DNA of 64,000 nt. Source: Eledone cirrhosa. Its lineage: Eukaryota. Below, in pieces: positions 40,385 through 54,783 of the stretch (position 1 is its first letter; every line of letters begins with the position of its first letter). Position numbers and translations under genes: made by a program. A model generated the notes under the pieces. The model was not told the origin of the DNA. It did not search any database and was given only the letters and a program-made list of their open reading frames with translations. The stretch is from the NCBI GenBank assembly GCA_964016885.1, contig OZ024740.1, forward strand, positions 367,040,001 through 367,104,000. Reading direction: 5' to 3'.

Positions 40385-40420
<36 letters not shown>
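40199..40420 (+). mobile_element. SINE family 1 with (ATT)n tail, between the two LINEs
   Basis: A box tggcagtatcgg, B box gagttcaaatcc, conserved core; nearly identical to 60576-60762. Confidence 0.92.
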
Positions 40421-40632
40421 GAATGCCATGGTTGACGGATGCTCGGCTCTGTAAGGTATTGTAAATTTTGACCGCTATAACAATTGTAAATTGTTTAAAA
40501 CTTTAACCAAATTGTAGACAAAAACACCCTCCTCCTCGTGAGAGGGGTCTTTCTGCACGTTATTTGGCCCTTCGGGGTTAAATAACCGCTATTGGGATTT
40601 TGTCCCCAATATTTATTTTAAACAAAAAAAAA

Positions 40633-40998
40633 ATGGCCACGAAAAAGAATTTTCATAGGTCACTCCCACTCATTCCGTCTTCTTCTTCTTCCTCAATCGT
40701 CACTACAGCAGAGAGAAGATTGTCTCTCTCCCTCCCATCTCTAAATGTGACTCTCTCCCTCCCTTCTCTTTCGCAAGCGACGCCAGTCAAGAAAAATCAC
40801 GTGAAAATCATGGAACATTTCTCCACGACGACGACAATGACGAAAAAGGTGTGCGGTAAATACGAAAACCCATTTCATTCGTATGACGTCATGAATAATA
40901 GCAGTAGTAGCCGTAATAACAGCAGCAGCAGCAACAGTGAGAAGAAAAACAACATCAGCAGCATAAACAACAACAGCATTAGCAGCAACAGCAACAAA

Positions 40999-41033
<35 letters not shown>

Positions 41034-42191
41034 CAACAACCACAGCAACAGCGGCGGCGGCAGTAGTCGTAGTACCTGCAGCAACAACAAAAGTAACAGC
41101 AGCTCTGACGACAACAACAACAACAACAACAACAAAGAAAAACCAATCTCGTTTGCAGGTATCGCAAAGAACCTGAAAACCATCCTCATAACAAATGAGG
41201 AATTACAGGAAGCGAAGAAGATGGTGACGAAAATCGGACACCGAGCAATATGCAAGGCAGCCGAAAAATTTTCGAAACCCAACAGCACTGTACGGTCACG
41301 TACCGCACAGTAAGCGCAAAATCCCGTAGGGTTGAAAGAGCCACAGAGGCTCAAATACAAAAAGCCTTAGGGTCTGTGTGGCAGCGTAAAACGCATATCA
41401 CCCGTGGCAAGAAATATGCCACCGGAGACGTGCTTTTTGCCACACCCCAGGAGGCAAAGGCTCAATCCTTAGTGACCCTAAGGAGCGAGGATATGGTGTT
41501 GGTGCCCTCCTACTGCAGGAAAAAAGTTGTGAGGGTCAAACTGACCCACGCCCCCCCCCCCCGGGATGACCCCTTCTTGGCTGGCCGCGTCTGTCCTCGT
41601 CGGAATCGAGGACAAAACAACTGTACTGCAAATACAGAAAAAAGTAAGAGAAGATTGGGTCGGCACCTCCATTGAGATGTTAATCCAAATCAACCAGGAG
41701 TGGATCGAAGCTATCCCGGATGTGATAGACTTCGATAACGGCACTCAACTGCCCATAAGTGTTGAGGGCAAACGCCCGAAATGCTTTCGCTGTGGATTGA
41801 AGACTCACCTCAGGGTTTTCTGCAACGAGAAGACCCAGAGAAAGGAGAAAAACCCCTCCTTCCCAAACCGGCTCCACGGCTACCAGCAACAGGACAGGAA
41901 GCAACCAGAAACGATAGGTCCGTGGAACCCATACCCACGCCACGGAAATCAAGAACAGCAGCAGCAGTGGAAGTATTAACAACAACAACAGTAATACCAA
42001 ATGCAGCTGCAACAGAGACTCCACTGCAAACATCACCAACAACAACAAGTGAAAGAGTGGAGCTGGTACCCCTCCCCGACCTCACAGAATCAGACATGGA
42101 GTGTGAGGTGGGAGAGGGATGGCAAAAGGTCGTAAGAAGGCACACGCAGAAGCAGCGCATCGTCATCTTCGAAAAGGGAGGAAAGAAATGA
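40633..42191 (+). pseudogene. LINE B ORF1 (Ser/Asn-rich N-terminus, CCHC knuckle), frameshifted
   Basis: ORFs 40600-41313, 41250-41675, 41566-41979 and 41781-42191; ISFAGIAKNLKT, LPISVEGKRPKCFRCGLKTHLRVFC. Confidence 0.78.
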
Positions 42192-42799
42192 AAAAAGGGT
42201 AAAGGCTACTGCAAAGAGACTCACAGCAGCAACACCACCAACACCATCACCACCCACACTAGCACCACCATCACCACCGGCGACAACCCCGCCGCCAACA
42301 ACAACAACAACTTCAACACCACCACCACAAGCACCAACATCGCAAACACAACAACAAAACACACGCACCCAGCAACAACGACAAGAAAATAGCAGAACGA
42401 CACTCCACCCCCAGAAAAACAAATGCACGGCAATAAATACACACAACAAGAAACTAATAACTTACATAATTGAACACACAGACATTTCACAGCACGACTA
42501 CATAATACCAGCACCAATCAAAACGCCAACGAACATAAGACTGGTAAAAATAGCACAGAAATAATACACAAACATTAAAACGAAATTCCCAATGCAGTTG
42601 GTGATTTCAGAGACCTAGGAGGGACTCTCAACCGGAGAGTATATTCGGACATACTCATAGAAGAGCCGACGACCAGCCGAAGGGACGATTCAACGGTCCT
42701 TTCACCAGGCGATCAAGTGAAAAGAGATGGAGAAACCATCCTTCCTCTACGAAAAGTACAATAAGTGGTCTTTCCCATCTTTTCCACTCCATTTTAAAC

Positions 42800-45700
42800 A
42801 TGACCTCACTCAGAATAGGCAGCATAAATGGGGTCGTCATGGAAGCAGGGTCAGCTGCTCAATGACCTCAGGTCACTAAACATAGATGTAGTGGCCATCA
42901 GCGAGACCAGAATCTCCGAAGCACGGGCCTTCGCACCGATCTTCGGCGGCTACGATGTGTACGCATCTCCCAGCCGTCCTGGATCGGGGGGGGGGGGGAA
43001 GTTGCTGTGCTTTTTCGGAGAGGTTTGGATCTCGGCATACGGGCCATCTTCCTGGACCCAGAGGGTAAGTTGGTGGTGCTGGACGTGACCAGCGGAGACG
43101 GGCAAGCATTCAGGCTAGTGGCCGTCTATGCCACGACAGGTGCAGGGTGGCCTGATTTCTTCCGGCGTCTGGAGACCTTTCTTGGAACGTCCAGCTCTTT
43201 AGTGTTAGTGGGCGACTGGAACGGGATCTTAGATGCACGCTGGGACTGTGTGGGATTAGCGGATAGGGGTGGAGGATACAAGAGCCTCACCAACCTGCTC
43301 AGGCGTTTTGAACTGTCTGACAGGTACCGATTGGATTTCCCGAATGTGCCAATGTGGACTTGGACAAATCGTATAGGGTCTTCCAGATCATATCTAGATA
43401 GAGTATTTTGTAGGGAAATAGATAGGTCTAGCATAGGCTGTCCACAATTCAAGATAGCCAGCTACACGGACCACAAATTCGTGATCTGTGTGCTTGACTT
43501 AGATAGGCTTCATAGACGAGGACCCGGCTACTGGAAGCTAAACGCGTCCTTACCAGCGCGCAAGGCCTACAGAGACCGGATTAGCGAACAAGTTAAGCGG
43601 GCGTTGACGGGGGCCATCGTCAACAAGAAGTGGTGGTTTGCTCTGAAAAGAGCAATTAGAATAGAGTCCATTAGGTTTAGTAACGCTTTAGCAATAGTGA
43701 AAAATAGAGCAGAGGGAGTACTAGTTAGAAAATTAGACGAGGCGCTTAGCAAATGAATCGCTACCGACGTGCTTGCGGCGAAATTGGTCCTTGACCAATT
43801 CTTCAATGTAAAGCACGAAGGCTGCGTTATCAGAGCTAGGGTGCGTGCTGTCAGACACGAGGGGACGAAAGCGGTTCAATGGGCCCGAGTGGCGGAGGAG
43901 CGTCGTGGCAACAAAGCCACGATCCGGTCTTTTGTGGACCACGACGGGCGCATGCTACTCGATCCCGGGCAAATGTGTGAAGCTTTCCAGCGACACTTCG
44001 CTCAGCTGTTCGGGGGCAGCGGTGGGCCGGGTCGAGGGATGGACTTTAGTGTCTACCTCGACGGACTGCCGCGGCTCTCGGCCACTGAGGCGGAGTGTTA
44101 CGAAAAGCCGATAACAGCCGCTGAAGTACGGGAGCCAATGACTGGCTGCACAAGGGGTAAATCGCCTGGTTTGGATGGTCTGCCCTATAACTTTACGTAC
44201 AGATGCCAGACTTGTTCGGAGGCCTCTTGGCGGACGTCTACTGCAACTGGCAACAGAACGGGAGAATTCCCAGCTCTGTGAGCCGAGGAGCTGTGGGACA
44301 GCTGAGAAAGGATCCGAACAAGGGGGATACCATAGATAATTTCCGGCCCATAACTCTGCTAAACACAGAGTTGAAGATTTTGGCCAAGATGCTAGCAAAG
44401 AGGTTCGCGCTTGTGGTTGGTGGTCTGGTGGGAGAGGCGCAGACATGCGCCATTCCCGACAGATCCATCCACGACAACCTCCACCTCATGCGATACATCG
44501 TAGAGAGGGTAGCTAGGGAACCTGGCACGGGTGGGTCTTTGATCAATTTAGATCAGTCGAAAGCTTTCGATAGGGTCGACCATCGTTACCTAGCGGCAGT
44601 GCTGAGGGCGGTTGGCTTTGGGCCCATCTTCAGAGGCTGGATCGCTGCCATGCACAGCGACATCTGCTCTGTGGTGAGAGTGAACGGTCACCTTTCGGTA
44701 CCGTTCAACATCATGCGCTTGGCCCGCCAAGGATGTCCCCTCTCGTCCCTCTTGTACGTATTGACTCTCGAGCCATTACTGCACCAACTGGAGACGTTGA
44801 GGGGCGTCCCGCGTGAACTAGGATGCGGAAGATCCGTGTCAGCATATGCGGACGATGTCACTGTAGTGGTGTCGAACGCCAAACACATCGAGGCAATCGG
44901 CTATACACTAAGAGAATACGAAGCGGTGACAGGAGCAATGATCAACCAAGAAAAGTCAGTGGGCCTGCAGCTCGGCAGCTGGAGAGGCAGGTCCATGCCG
45001 TCCAACAGCGTCGTCGGACGCTGGACGGACGGACCGGTTAAATTGCTAGGGGTCTGGTTCGGTCCGGACCTCCAGACGGACAAACACTGGGACGAAGTGA
45101 CGAGCAGAGTGGCTTTTCTCACCCAGAAATGGGCGGTGAGGAAGCTATCCCTGAAAGGTCGAGCGGAGGTGGCTAACACGTACATCGCGTCTGTCATCTG
45201 CTACCGCCTGACCGTCGTACCTTGTCCTAAGCCCCGTCTGACTGAGCTGGAGCGTTTGCTGTTTCGCTTTTTGTGGAAGGGACGCGCTCCGATGGTCAGG
45301 CGGTCCATCTGTTGTCAACACCCACTACGTGGAGGGCTGGGCATGCCGTGGCTGATGATGCGCAGACACGTGCTCAGGCTACGACATCTCCACCTCTTCC
45401 TCGACGGTGATAAGGTGTGGTTGCCGTTTGCTAGACACGTATTTCCCCAGCTCGTTTCCTTGACGGAGCTGCAGTCCTGGGTCAAGCGAAGACCGATAGG
45501 GAGCGCCTGGAGACTGGAATGTCTTCAGGCGCTCACAGCCCTAGACCAATCGGGCAATGTGATCGCTGGAAACTCCACCTCGGCGTTCTATAGAGGATTA
45601 GTGGAGGGGAAGAGCGACGACGTACTTGGGGTAACTCTAGGCGTCGACGAAAATCAACTAGCTAATCTCTTCGGAAGAACTTTCGGACCAGGGCCTATGG

Positions 45701-46212
45701 ACAACTTCCAGAAATCTCTGGCCTGGCAGTGCTACCGTGGAGCCTTGCCAATTCGAGATAAACTCTACAGGCATGGAGGTGCCGTCAGTCGGGCATGTCC
45801 GAGATGCGCGCAGGGCGACGAAACTGTCCTGCATGCACTCGTCTAGTGTCCGAAAATTTCTGACTTGTGGGTTTATGTCGAACACCTGCTGTCGCATGTA
45901 GGACGGATCCGGCTATCATCTGAGTCCATCGTGAGGATTGCCCCGCCCTCTTCTTTTAGCCGGGAAGGCCAGGCAGTTTTTATCTGTCTGGTGGCCATGG
46001 CGAAAGAGATAGTATGGTGGACACGTTTGAAAGGGCTGAAGACGAGCACTTACCTCTTCGGTGATGCCCTGATTGACTTTTTCAAATTTCATTTGAGAAG
46101 GAAAATCAGAGTAGAGGGGGAAGTGCTCTCTTCCCATCATTTTGTTGAAAGATGGGTGAGAGAAGCAAGAATGGCTCGAGTGAATGGGCCTACTCTGAGT
46201 ATGTATTTGTAA
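42800..46212 (+). pseudogene. LINE B ORF2: APE + RT + CCHC, with several frameshifts and stops
   Basis: LVGDWN, YLDRVF, YTDH; 547-aa piece 44203-45846 with NFRPITLLN, DQSKAFDRV, RQGCPLS, YADD and CPRC...ETVLHAL. Confidence 0.93.
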
Positions 46213-47329
46213 ACTAAAGGTGGAAAACTGGGAGAGGGCACTTGCCCTGGTGGTCAGGGTCACTGTGGCCTTTAACTGGGCTTTCTCCACAAATGTCCCT
46301 CGGAAGTCTCCCCCTATTGGGAAATTTTTCATTGTTATTTTTGTTACATCCTCTGTTTTTGTTTTTTACACGCAGAAATGCCCACTTGTACTGTCCTGTA
46401 TTGTCCTTCTCTGTCCTTAATGTCTACTTTATGTAAACCCTTGTGGTTAATAAAGAAATCATTCTTCTTCTTCTTCTTCTTCTTCTTCTTCTTCTTCTTC
46501 TTCTTCTTCTTCTTCTTCTTCTTCTTCTTCTTGTTGTCTCTTACGGCATATAGTAAATTAATTTGCCAACTTCCCTGCAACTACCTATTTTCCTCACTCA
46601 TCTCCTTCATTATGTCGCTTTCTCTTTATTTCTCTCCACAAGTAAATTTCTTCCGCTTTACATTGACTCCCTTTAAGTGATAGATTTCCTTCAAATTTCT
46701 TGAAGCTCATATCTCTCTCGGACCAAGATATTCTTCATCAGCTGATGCACTTCTTCCTCATTTAGTTTATATATGTTACTTATATTGTACATTTAGAAAA
46801 ATTACGTGGTCTGGCAGACACTCTTTACCTCTGTTATAATTTCTTTAAATAGAACTAATTGGAAAAGAACTTACTGGGTGAAATATCTGGCCATCTGTAA
46901 CGAATTGCATTTACTTTAATGGAATACATACAAACATAAAGGTAGTTATCGTTCGAGAAGGAATTTTAGAAATGCGTAACGGTAATATTTGTGTTATATC
47001 TGTGTTATATATATACATTAAATTTATGTTAAATACGCACACACGCACGCACGCGCACGCACACGCACACTCACACACATACACACACACAGACATAGAC
47101 ACACACATACAGACACACACACATAAACACAGACACATACAAACATACATACATACATCATCAATGTGACCAGTCGCACATATTGACGTGGGAAACCATT
47201 CCTTAAATTTAAGACGAATATTATCTCCGTCAGTGAAGCCACAAATACCAGCGGTGTGGAATTACTGGATATTCTTCTAATTATATCCACTGAAGAGACT
47301 TTTTTGTTTGAATTTGTAGAGATATCCGA

Positions 47330-49460
47330 CTAAATACACAATTCCTTTTGCAAGGATTTGCTTCAAGCAGCATGACTGAATACAACATCAACAATATTAG
47401 TGGAAAACGGAAGAAAAACAACAACGAGAAAGGTAAACAAAATTTCTTCAATTGTAGCTACAGAAGAAATCGACATTATAAACGGCATTTTTCTTGAGTG
47501 ACAACAAAAGCAAACAGCATCAATGAAGATGCCCTTGAGACTGATAGGAAAACTCCAAGATAAGAAAACACCAGAAAGAGTCTTGGTTGTCGGCTGCTGG
47601 TACACAAAATTACCATTCTATCGGATGTGTCTTATCAACTTCTACCAGCAAGCTCTCAAGAGAGATGCACATATGCCAGGGTGGTTAACATTAACATAAA
47701 CAATATTGGTTCCCAAGAACAAATACATCAACTTGACAAAAAACTACTGGCCCTTTGCATGCCAGAACCTAATGTATAAAATGTATACAACTTGCCTGAA
47801 CCTATTTCTCCAAGATCACTACAACAGTAATAACATTATCACATATGAGCAAGCAGCTGGGAAGAAAGTTGTTTGAGAGTGTGCTGAACAGCTCCTAATT
47901 AACAAAACTGCGATGTCAGAGGTGCGGCATCATAGGTGGAATATGGTTACAGCCTGGCTGGACTACAGGAAAGCATTCGATAGAGCCCCCCTCCCCCCGA
48001 CTTGCTAAAGTCACAGACACTATTATCAGAGTCATAGAGAACCTTTCTTCTTCTTGGGCTACTATCCTAAAGTTAAAAACAGAGAAGGAAGACTCTTTTC
48101 ACTGATAAAATAAAATATATGGGAGACTATTTATTCTGTCATTAAACCTCTAGTCTATTCTGCTAAAAAATATGAAGGATACATAATTGGATCACAGGAG
48201 GACAGGAATACAAATCTAAGCCATAACTTCTTTGTGGATGACCAAAAATTCTATGCCAAGAACATAAGTGGGGTGAAGAAAAACCTTGACCTGGTTACTT
48301 CGTTCTCGAAAGATGTAGGAATCGAGTTTGGTCAGGATAAATGTTCATATATGATTGTAAAGTGAGGAAAAACTACAAAGCAATCTAGCAATATTTTTAA
48401 CAATGACCTAACTGTATCACCGACATCTGACGAGGACTGCTACTCGATTGGACGATAGATGAAATCCGAGCCATTGACGTTAAAACCCGAACATTCCTAC
48501 ACAAAATCGGAAACCTCCATATCACCAGTGATATAGAGCGCCTCTACCAGAAACGTACAACAACCGCTAAATTGGCTCTCACTTTGCAATCCAAAACAAG
48601 AAATCAATACAAAATACCTAATTCAGAAAAGAAATAGGGATGCGGGTAATACACCTAGATGTGACAACAAAGAGGATATCACCCATGTAAGGAGCAGCTG
48701 TCCAAAGATGTCATCACGGCATTATCTATCTATGGGGTATGATGTAGAGGCCAACACACTGTAAAATGCAATCCGTAGAAAAGATAACACCGATAATAAA
48801 CATATTAAAAGTTACAGTAATGTGTAAGACGTGCATATAATTTGAAAGACAACTGATGGAATGCTCCAATCAAAACCCCAATAAAATGCGAAGATAGCAG
48901 ATCAGATATAATGATGTGGGACAGGGAAAAGAAGGCATGTACTGAAGAAGTCAGCTGCCCATCAGATGCCAATATAATGTTAAAGATTAGTGGAAAGGAT
49001 TTTTGCAGAACAAATGAGGAATGCCTGACAGATTTCGGATTTACATACACTAAAAGTTATGCCAGCATTATGAAATACCAATAGAAAATGTGCATGCCCA
49101 TGAAAGGTGTCAGGGAGTGACAAAGCAACAATACTCTGGATTACACACATACAAACAGATCAAGTATACTCGTTCTGATATTGTTCTCAAAGACCATTAG
49201 GAAACAAAATGTCTTCCAATCAACGCACCTACCCAAACAGATGATAATGTATATCTCAAGAAATGGAGAAATTATCTAGATATAAAGATATGGGAATAGA
49301 AATAGAAATAATCCTAATAGGTTCTCTGAAGATAGAAACAATCACCGTAATAATTGTTGCCACCATGATGAAACACAGCTTGAGAAATACATAACACAAA
49401 TTCTAACTCTTACATATATATATACAACACATAGCGTAACTAGACACTGCTTACAGTTTA
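47330..49460 (+). mobile_element. Highly decayed restriction-endonuclease-type non-LTR retrotransposon (R4/Dong-like)
   Basis: Remnants read by eye: NYWPFACQNLMYKMYT (~47745), EQAAGKK..CAEQLLINK, AWLDYRKAFD, SHNFFVDDQKFYA (~48220), DVGIEFGQDKC, EDITHVRSSCPKM, RSDIMMWDR. Confidence 0.7.
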
Positions 49461-50651
49461 TGTAATAGCAACAATAACACCAAAATATAACATTGCATAT
49501 ATCCAATGTTATTCAACCCCGGCAGAATGGAAGGGAAAGTTGACCTCAAACAGTAATGAACCAGATTAAATGCCACAAAACCTTTTTTCCTGACACTTTG
49601 GCGATTCTACCGATCAACCAGCATCTTTAAAAAAGATGAGAGAACCATGCTTCTATTCTAATATAAGGTAACTGCATAGGCTCTGACGATCTGATAAGGA
49701 GAGGATGCGGTCATTAGATCTTTCTGTTGTTGATACAATCTGCCGGACGCCTATCTGGCAGAAAGAAGTGGCATTTGAACTCAAAACCCACAGAATCGGA
49801 TCGGATCCTGGAAAGCATTTTGTCCAACTCTTAAACACTTCCGTCAATCATCAGCCACTGGATTGATACATTATTTTATCGACCTCTGAAGGATTAAAAC
49901 CTAAGATGATTTTGGCAGGATTTGAACTCAGAACGTAAAATAGCCGGAGAAAATACTGCTCTAACGCTTTTGTTCATGTCACACATCAACGTTCTATATA
50001 TCACAGCATTTACAACAACACCAACGATAAAACAAAAACCATCATCACCAGCAGCTGCAATAACAACAGTGACGTCTAACAACCGTAATAGTGGGAATAG
50101 TAGCAGCAGAAACAGTAATATAGAAGCAACAATAGAAACAAAGGGAATCTATAAAGTAACATCACATCTCCGCCGTCTTCAGTTTTGTGTTAAATTCATA
50201 TGTAACGATTATAGTTTGATGGTCTCCAATGACTTGGCAAGTTGTAGGAAACTGTTATTAGAATTGCATTGTTTTTGATGACTGTTGAATATAATTGATG
50301 CGTTCACTAGAACCTTCTTTGCCAGATTCTGTCCACGTCTCATGTGTCATTTATCATATATTGTTATTATATTATTTATTTAGTTCATTTAGCTTTCTTA
50401 ACATTTTCCTAATTTCATGTGAGGCGAGTATTTCTTCTTCTTCTTCTTCTTCTTCTTCTTCTTCTTCTTCTTCTTCTTCTTCTTCTTCTTCTTCTTCTTC
50501 TTCTTCTTCTTCTTCTAACAGAGATGCGTCAGTGACAGAGTGATAACAAGAGTGGGAAAGAGATAGAGGTAAAAACGAATTTATACATACGTACACTTGT
50601 ACACTCTTACACACACTGAAATATGTGAGTGTGTGTGGTGTGTGTGATGTG

Positions 50652-50708
<57 letters not shown>

Positions 50709-50879
50709 CGCGCGCGTGTATGTGTACACGAAAGTTTGATTAAGAGGCTTTGGAAGGAAACACTGTTTGGTTGTCAGACAACGAGCTCGGAATGAACGAC
50801 CGATGTGGCGGACATGCGTAACGGAGAGAGAGAGAGAAAGAGAGTGAGTGAGTGAGTGAGTGGTGAGTGAGTGAATGAG

Positions 50880-50942
<63 letters not shown>

Positions 50943-52455
50943 AGGGTAGGTGGGCATATATATATATATAGTAATCAAAGCGAGAAAAGTAAAGTAAAAA
51001 GTGAAACAAGTGATTGATTAGATGAGCTAAAAGAAAGAAACCATATATTTCGAATAAAAATAATTTCTAAAGGATTAGCACTGTTTTTTCGGTTGATATC
51101 ATCTGGAAAGACCTGATAATTCCGACCGTGTGAAACTAGAATTTCTGCAGGAGTCATTTGAATCCGAAATAAATGATGTACCTTCTCTAGTTATTTTACT
51201 GTGGTGTCTGTTTCCCTACGGAAAACCATTCACCTAGACTATCATGGTACCTAATCTATCAACGTTCGTTAGAAGCAAATTAGACTGGAACATAACCATC
51301 AGTAGGTTTTCTTCCCACGAACTGCGAACGAATTCGCTAGCTTGGTCTGTGTGCTGCTACTGAAGTAATCTAGTGGCAGTACAGAAAAACGTCGTCAAAT
51401 AAAGGCTGGTCATTTTAGTGGTTGTGATGAAACTCATTGCAGCCATTCCATAGTTTTCTTATGCGCTAGGGACCTAAGATCCCATTATCCAACGTAACCT
51501 TTTCTAAGTCGATAGGGCATGAATCGATGGAGATTTGGCGCAGTTGTTTGTAGCATGTTGAGCAGCCATGTATAGACTCCCTCGTTTCATGTTAATGGAT
51601 TTGTTGTTTATTCTCAGGTATTTCCATTTTTTTTCTATGTGCTATGTTGAAGCAGCATGGTAGAATATTTAAGAAATCCGCTTCGCAGCCATTCAAAGGG
51701 CCAGCATCGGCACATATTATGTTACGCTGATGCCTCCTGAGATCTACGTAATGGTACACGTTTTTGTGCAATGTTCAGGCACCTTCACGTTAATTCACGT
51801 GCGGGTCATTCTATTGAAGGAGCGATTATTCGGACACTCTTCTTCAAAACGCATGGAGTTTCATTGCATGTACTAGGAACCCAACATTACATTATCTAAT
51901 GTGTGCTTTGCTACAACAAGTAGGGCGTAACTCTCCAATTGTTTAGCTAAATCAGACGCTCAACTCTTGGCCCGCTAGAAAGAGAAATAGAGCCAAATCC
52001 AAAAAAATTTCGCAATATTAGTGTCAATGCAATGACAACGAATAGGAATAAATGGAGGAAATATGTTCATTACTGTAAGCTGACATAATGATTAAAAAAG
52101 AAGTTATTTAAAGGAGATTAGGCTGCTAATTTTACTAGGTCCTGCAAACATACGGAATCCTCTCACGAGGTGCTTCTATCAAATGGGTGTATCATACTTC
52201 CGTTCAATCGCTCCTGTGAATCAGTGATCACAGATTAAGAGGGAGTGGAAGAATCGGAAACAAGATCAGATTGCAGGTAATTTTTCGAAGCTAGTTTCTT
52301 ATTTATAATTGTTCGCTAAAAACAGTTAATAGGAAAACTGAGATAGTCTAGCAATTATCTCAGCAAATAATTTCTCATAACAGAAAAATGCGAACACATA
52401 TACACACACACAAATACACAAATGCACTCAACATATACACACATGCACACTCACA

Positions 52456-52518
<63 letters not shown>

Positions 52519-52619
52519 GTGTGTGTGTGCGTGTGCATGTATATATAAATGTGTGTGTATGCATATATATATGTGTGCGTGCACGTGTGCAATTATATAC
52601 ATACAAACACACTTGTATT

Positions 52620-52681
<62 letters not shown>

Positions 52682-54094
52682 AATACAAGAGTGTTTGTAT
52701 GTATATAATTGCACACGTGCACGCACACATACATAGTCACAGACTTGCGCACGGGTACATATATACGCGCAGACAGAAACACACACGCAATTAAATATCA
52801 CCTTTCCCCTGTTACACACTCCTTCAAGCAGCTTATAAAGTTATTAGTTAATCATATCTCTTAGCATTGCTTAGCTCGACTTTCTCCTTGGAAATTTCAT
52901 CTTAAAATCATCAGCTAAGAAGCACATAAGAAAAAGAAAATAGAACACTTCAAAAGAAAACAACAACAACACCAAAACTCAAACTAACCAAAATATCGAA
53001 CTCATTAATAAAACTAATTATTTTCTCCCAAATATACCTCCAGTCTCCGTTAACTATTTAGCGATGTAAACAACTATAACAACAAGAACAAAAGCAGCTA
53101 GAGCAACAACAGCCATTACAGCAGTAGTAACAAACAGAACAGTAATACAAGTGCTAAGATATATAAAAAAAATAATAATAAAACGATTAAAACACAAACG
53201 AACCAACAAAATAAAATAAAATAACTACCAGCAATATAAGAATAACTATGATGGCGGCGGCGGCGATACAAAAGTGATATGAAAAATCAAGAAATATGAA
53301 GAAAATTTTAGTAATATGGTTGCGAAACCTCCACATTCAACCACCACCCCCAACAACAACTACCACCACCACCACCAACAACAACAACGATCACCACCAC
53401 CACCACCACCAACAATAACAACAACTACCACCACCACCACCACCACCACCACCACCAGTAGCAGCAGCAGCAACAGCAGCAGAGTAAACGAATAAAAAAG
53501 AAAGGGATAAAAATATGAATGACAAATAAAAGCTAATAAATGAAAGGGAAAGAAATATTTCGCAATTTATTATATGAGTCTGAAAGAACCACTGAGGTGT
53601 TTTATAAAAATAGTAGAACGATTGAAATAAAAATAAAAGTAAACAAATCTAAATAAAATGGGAGTGAGAGAGTGAGAGAGTGAAGAGAGGTAAGAGAGAA
53701 GAAAGAGTGGAGAAAGACAGAGTAAAATAACAGTAAAGAGCAAGAAATTATTATCCTACTTTATATTACATCAATAAATATTAATAAAAACGCAATCTCA
53801 ACCTTGTATGCACACATGGAAGCATAAGCACACTACCACGCACGCACATAATACACACACACACACATATATATATATATGTAAATATATATTCATGGAA
53901 ATTTGGGACTTGACTCGTTCTTCCTCACTTTTCGTTGCTTCACCATCTTTGTTTGTTTACACTCCCGCTGTTCCCTTTATTTACGTGTCCCGACGACATT
54001 TTTAGCCGTTGCTCGCACCAACCGGAGGTATATGGTCTTTAAAGCGAAGAAATACCAATGATGGTTGGAAGATCACTGATGAAGGACCACTTTA

Positions 54095-54130
<36 letters not shown>

Positions 54131-54684
54131 AGTACAGCATATTCGAAGGAAGTTCGATCAGCAGCTAAGCCAACGAATGCCTTCAGCAGTGCAGCCTAGC
54201 ACACAACAAGGAATAGACCTCAGAGTAATCACATACAGTTTAAAGGGCTTTGCAAATTGTAAATATCGACCTCTATTTCAGCCGCGTGATTTGTAGCAAC
54301 GAAAGAACTGACTAGTGAGAAAAGGAAATACACACACACACATATATATATACATATAAAAATATACATACATACATACATATATGTACATATCTGTATA
54401 TATAACATACCTGGACCGCACTTGGAAATTACTGAATATCCAAGTGAGGTTTCTGTAAATCCGAAATCAGCAAAATCCGCTTGTGGTGTTAAAAAGTTAG
54501 GTTTCTGGAAGATCGAACAGAGGAATTTACTTTCTCAACAGGCTTTCGTTCTAACCCCAAACCAGATGGGAAGCACATGTTACTCTAAAGGGAGGTAACC
54601 CCGGTTTCAGCCGGTCAATTCAAAAATTATGGGCAATGGAAAAAATTCCATACACAAACTGAATTAATTGAATATATAAATATA

Positions 54685-54783
<99 letters not shown>

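Larger units (their letters stand above)
40421..46463 (+). mobile_element. Tx1/L1-clade LINE copy B, near full length, a diverged subfamily of copy A
   Basis: Same organisation as copy A. Preceded by (ATT)n; ends aataaagaaatc-att-(CTT)n. Confidence 0.92.
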
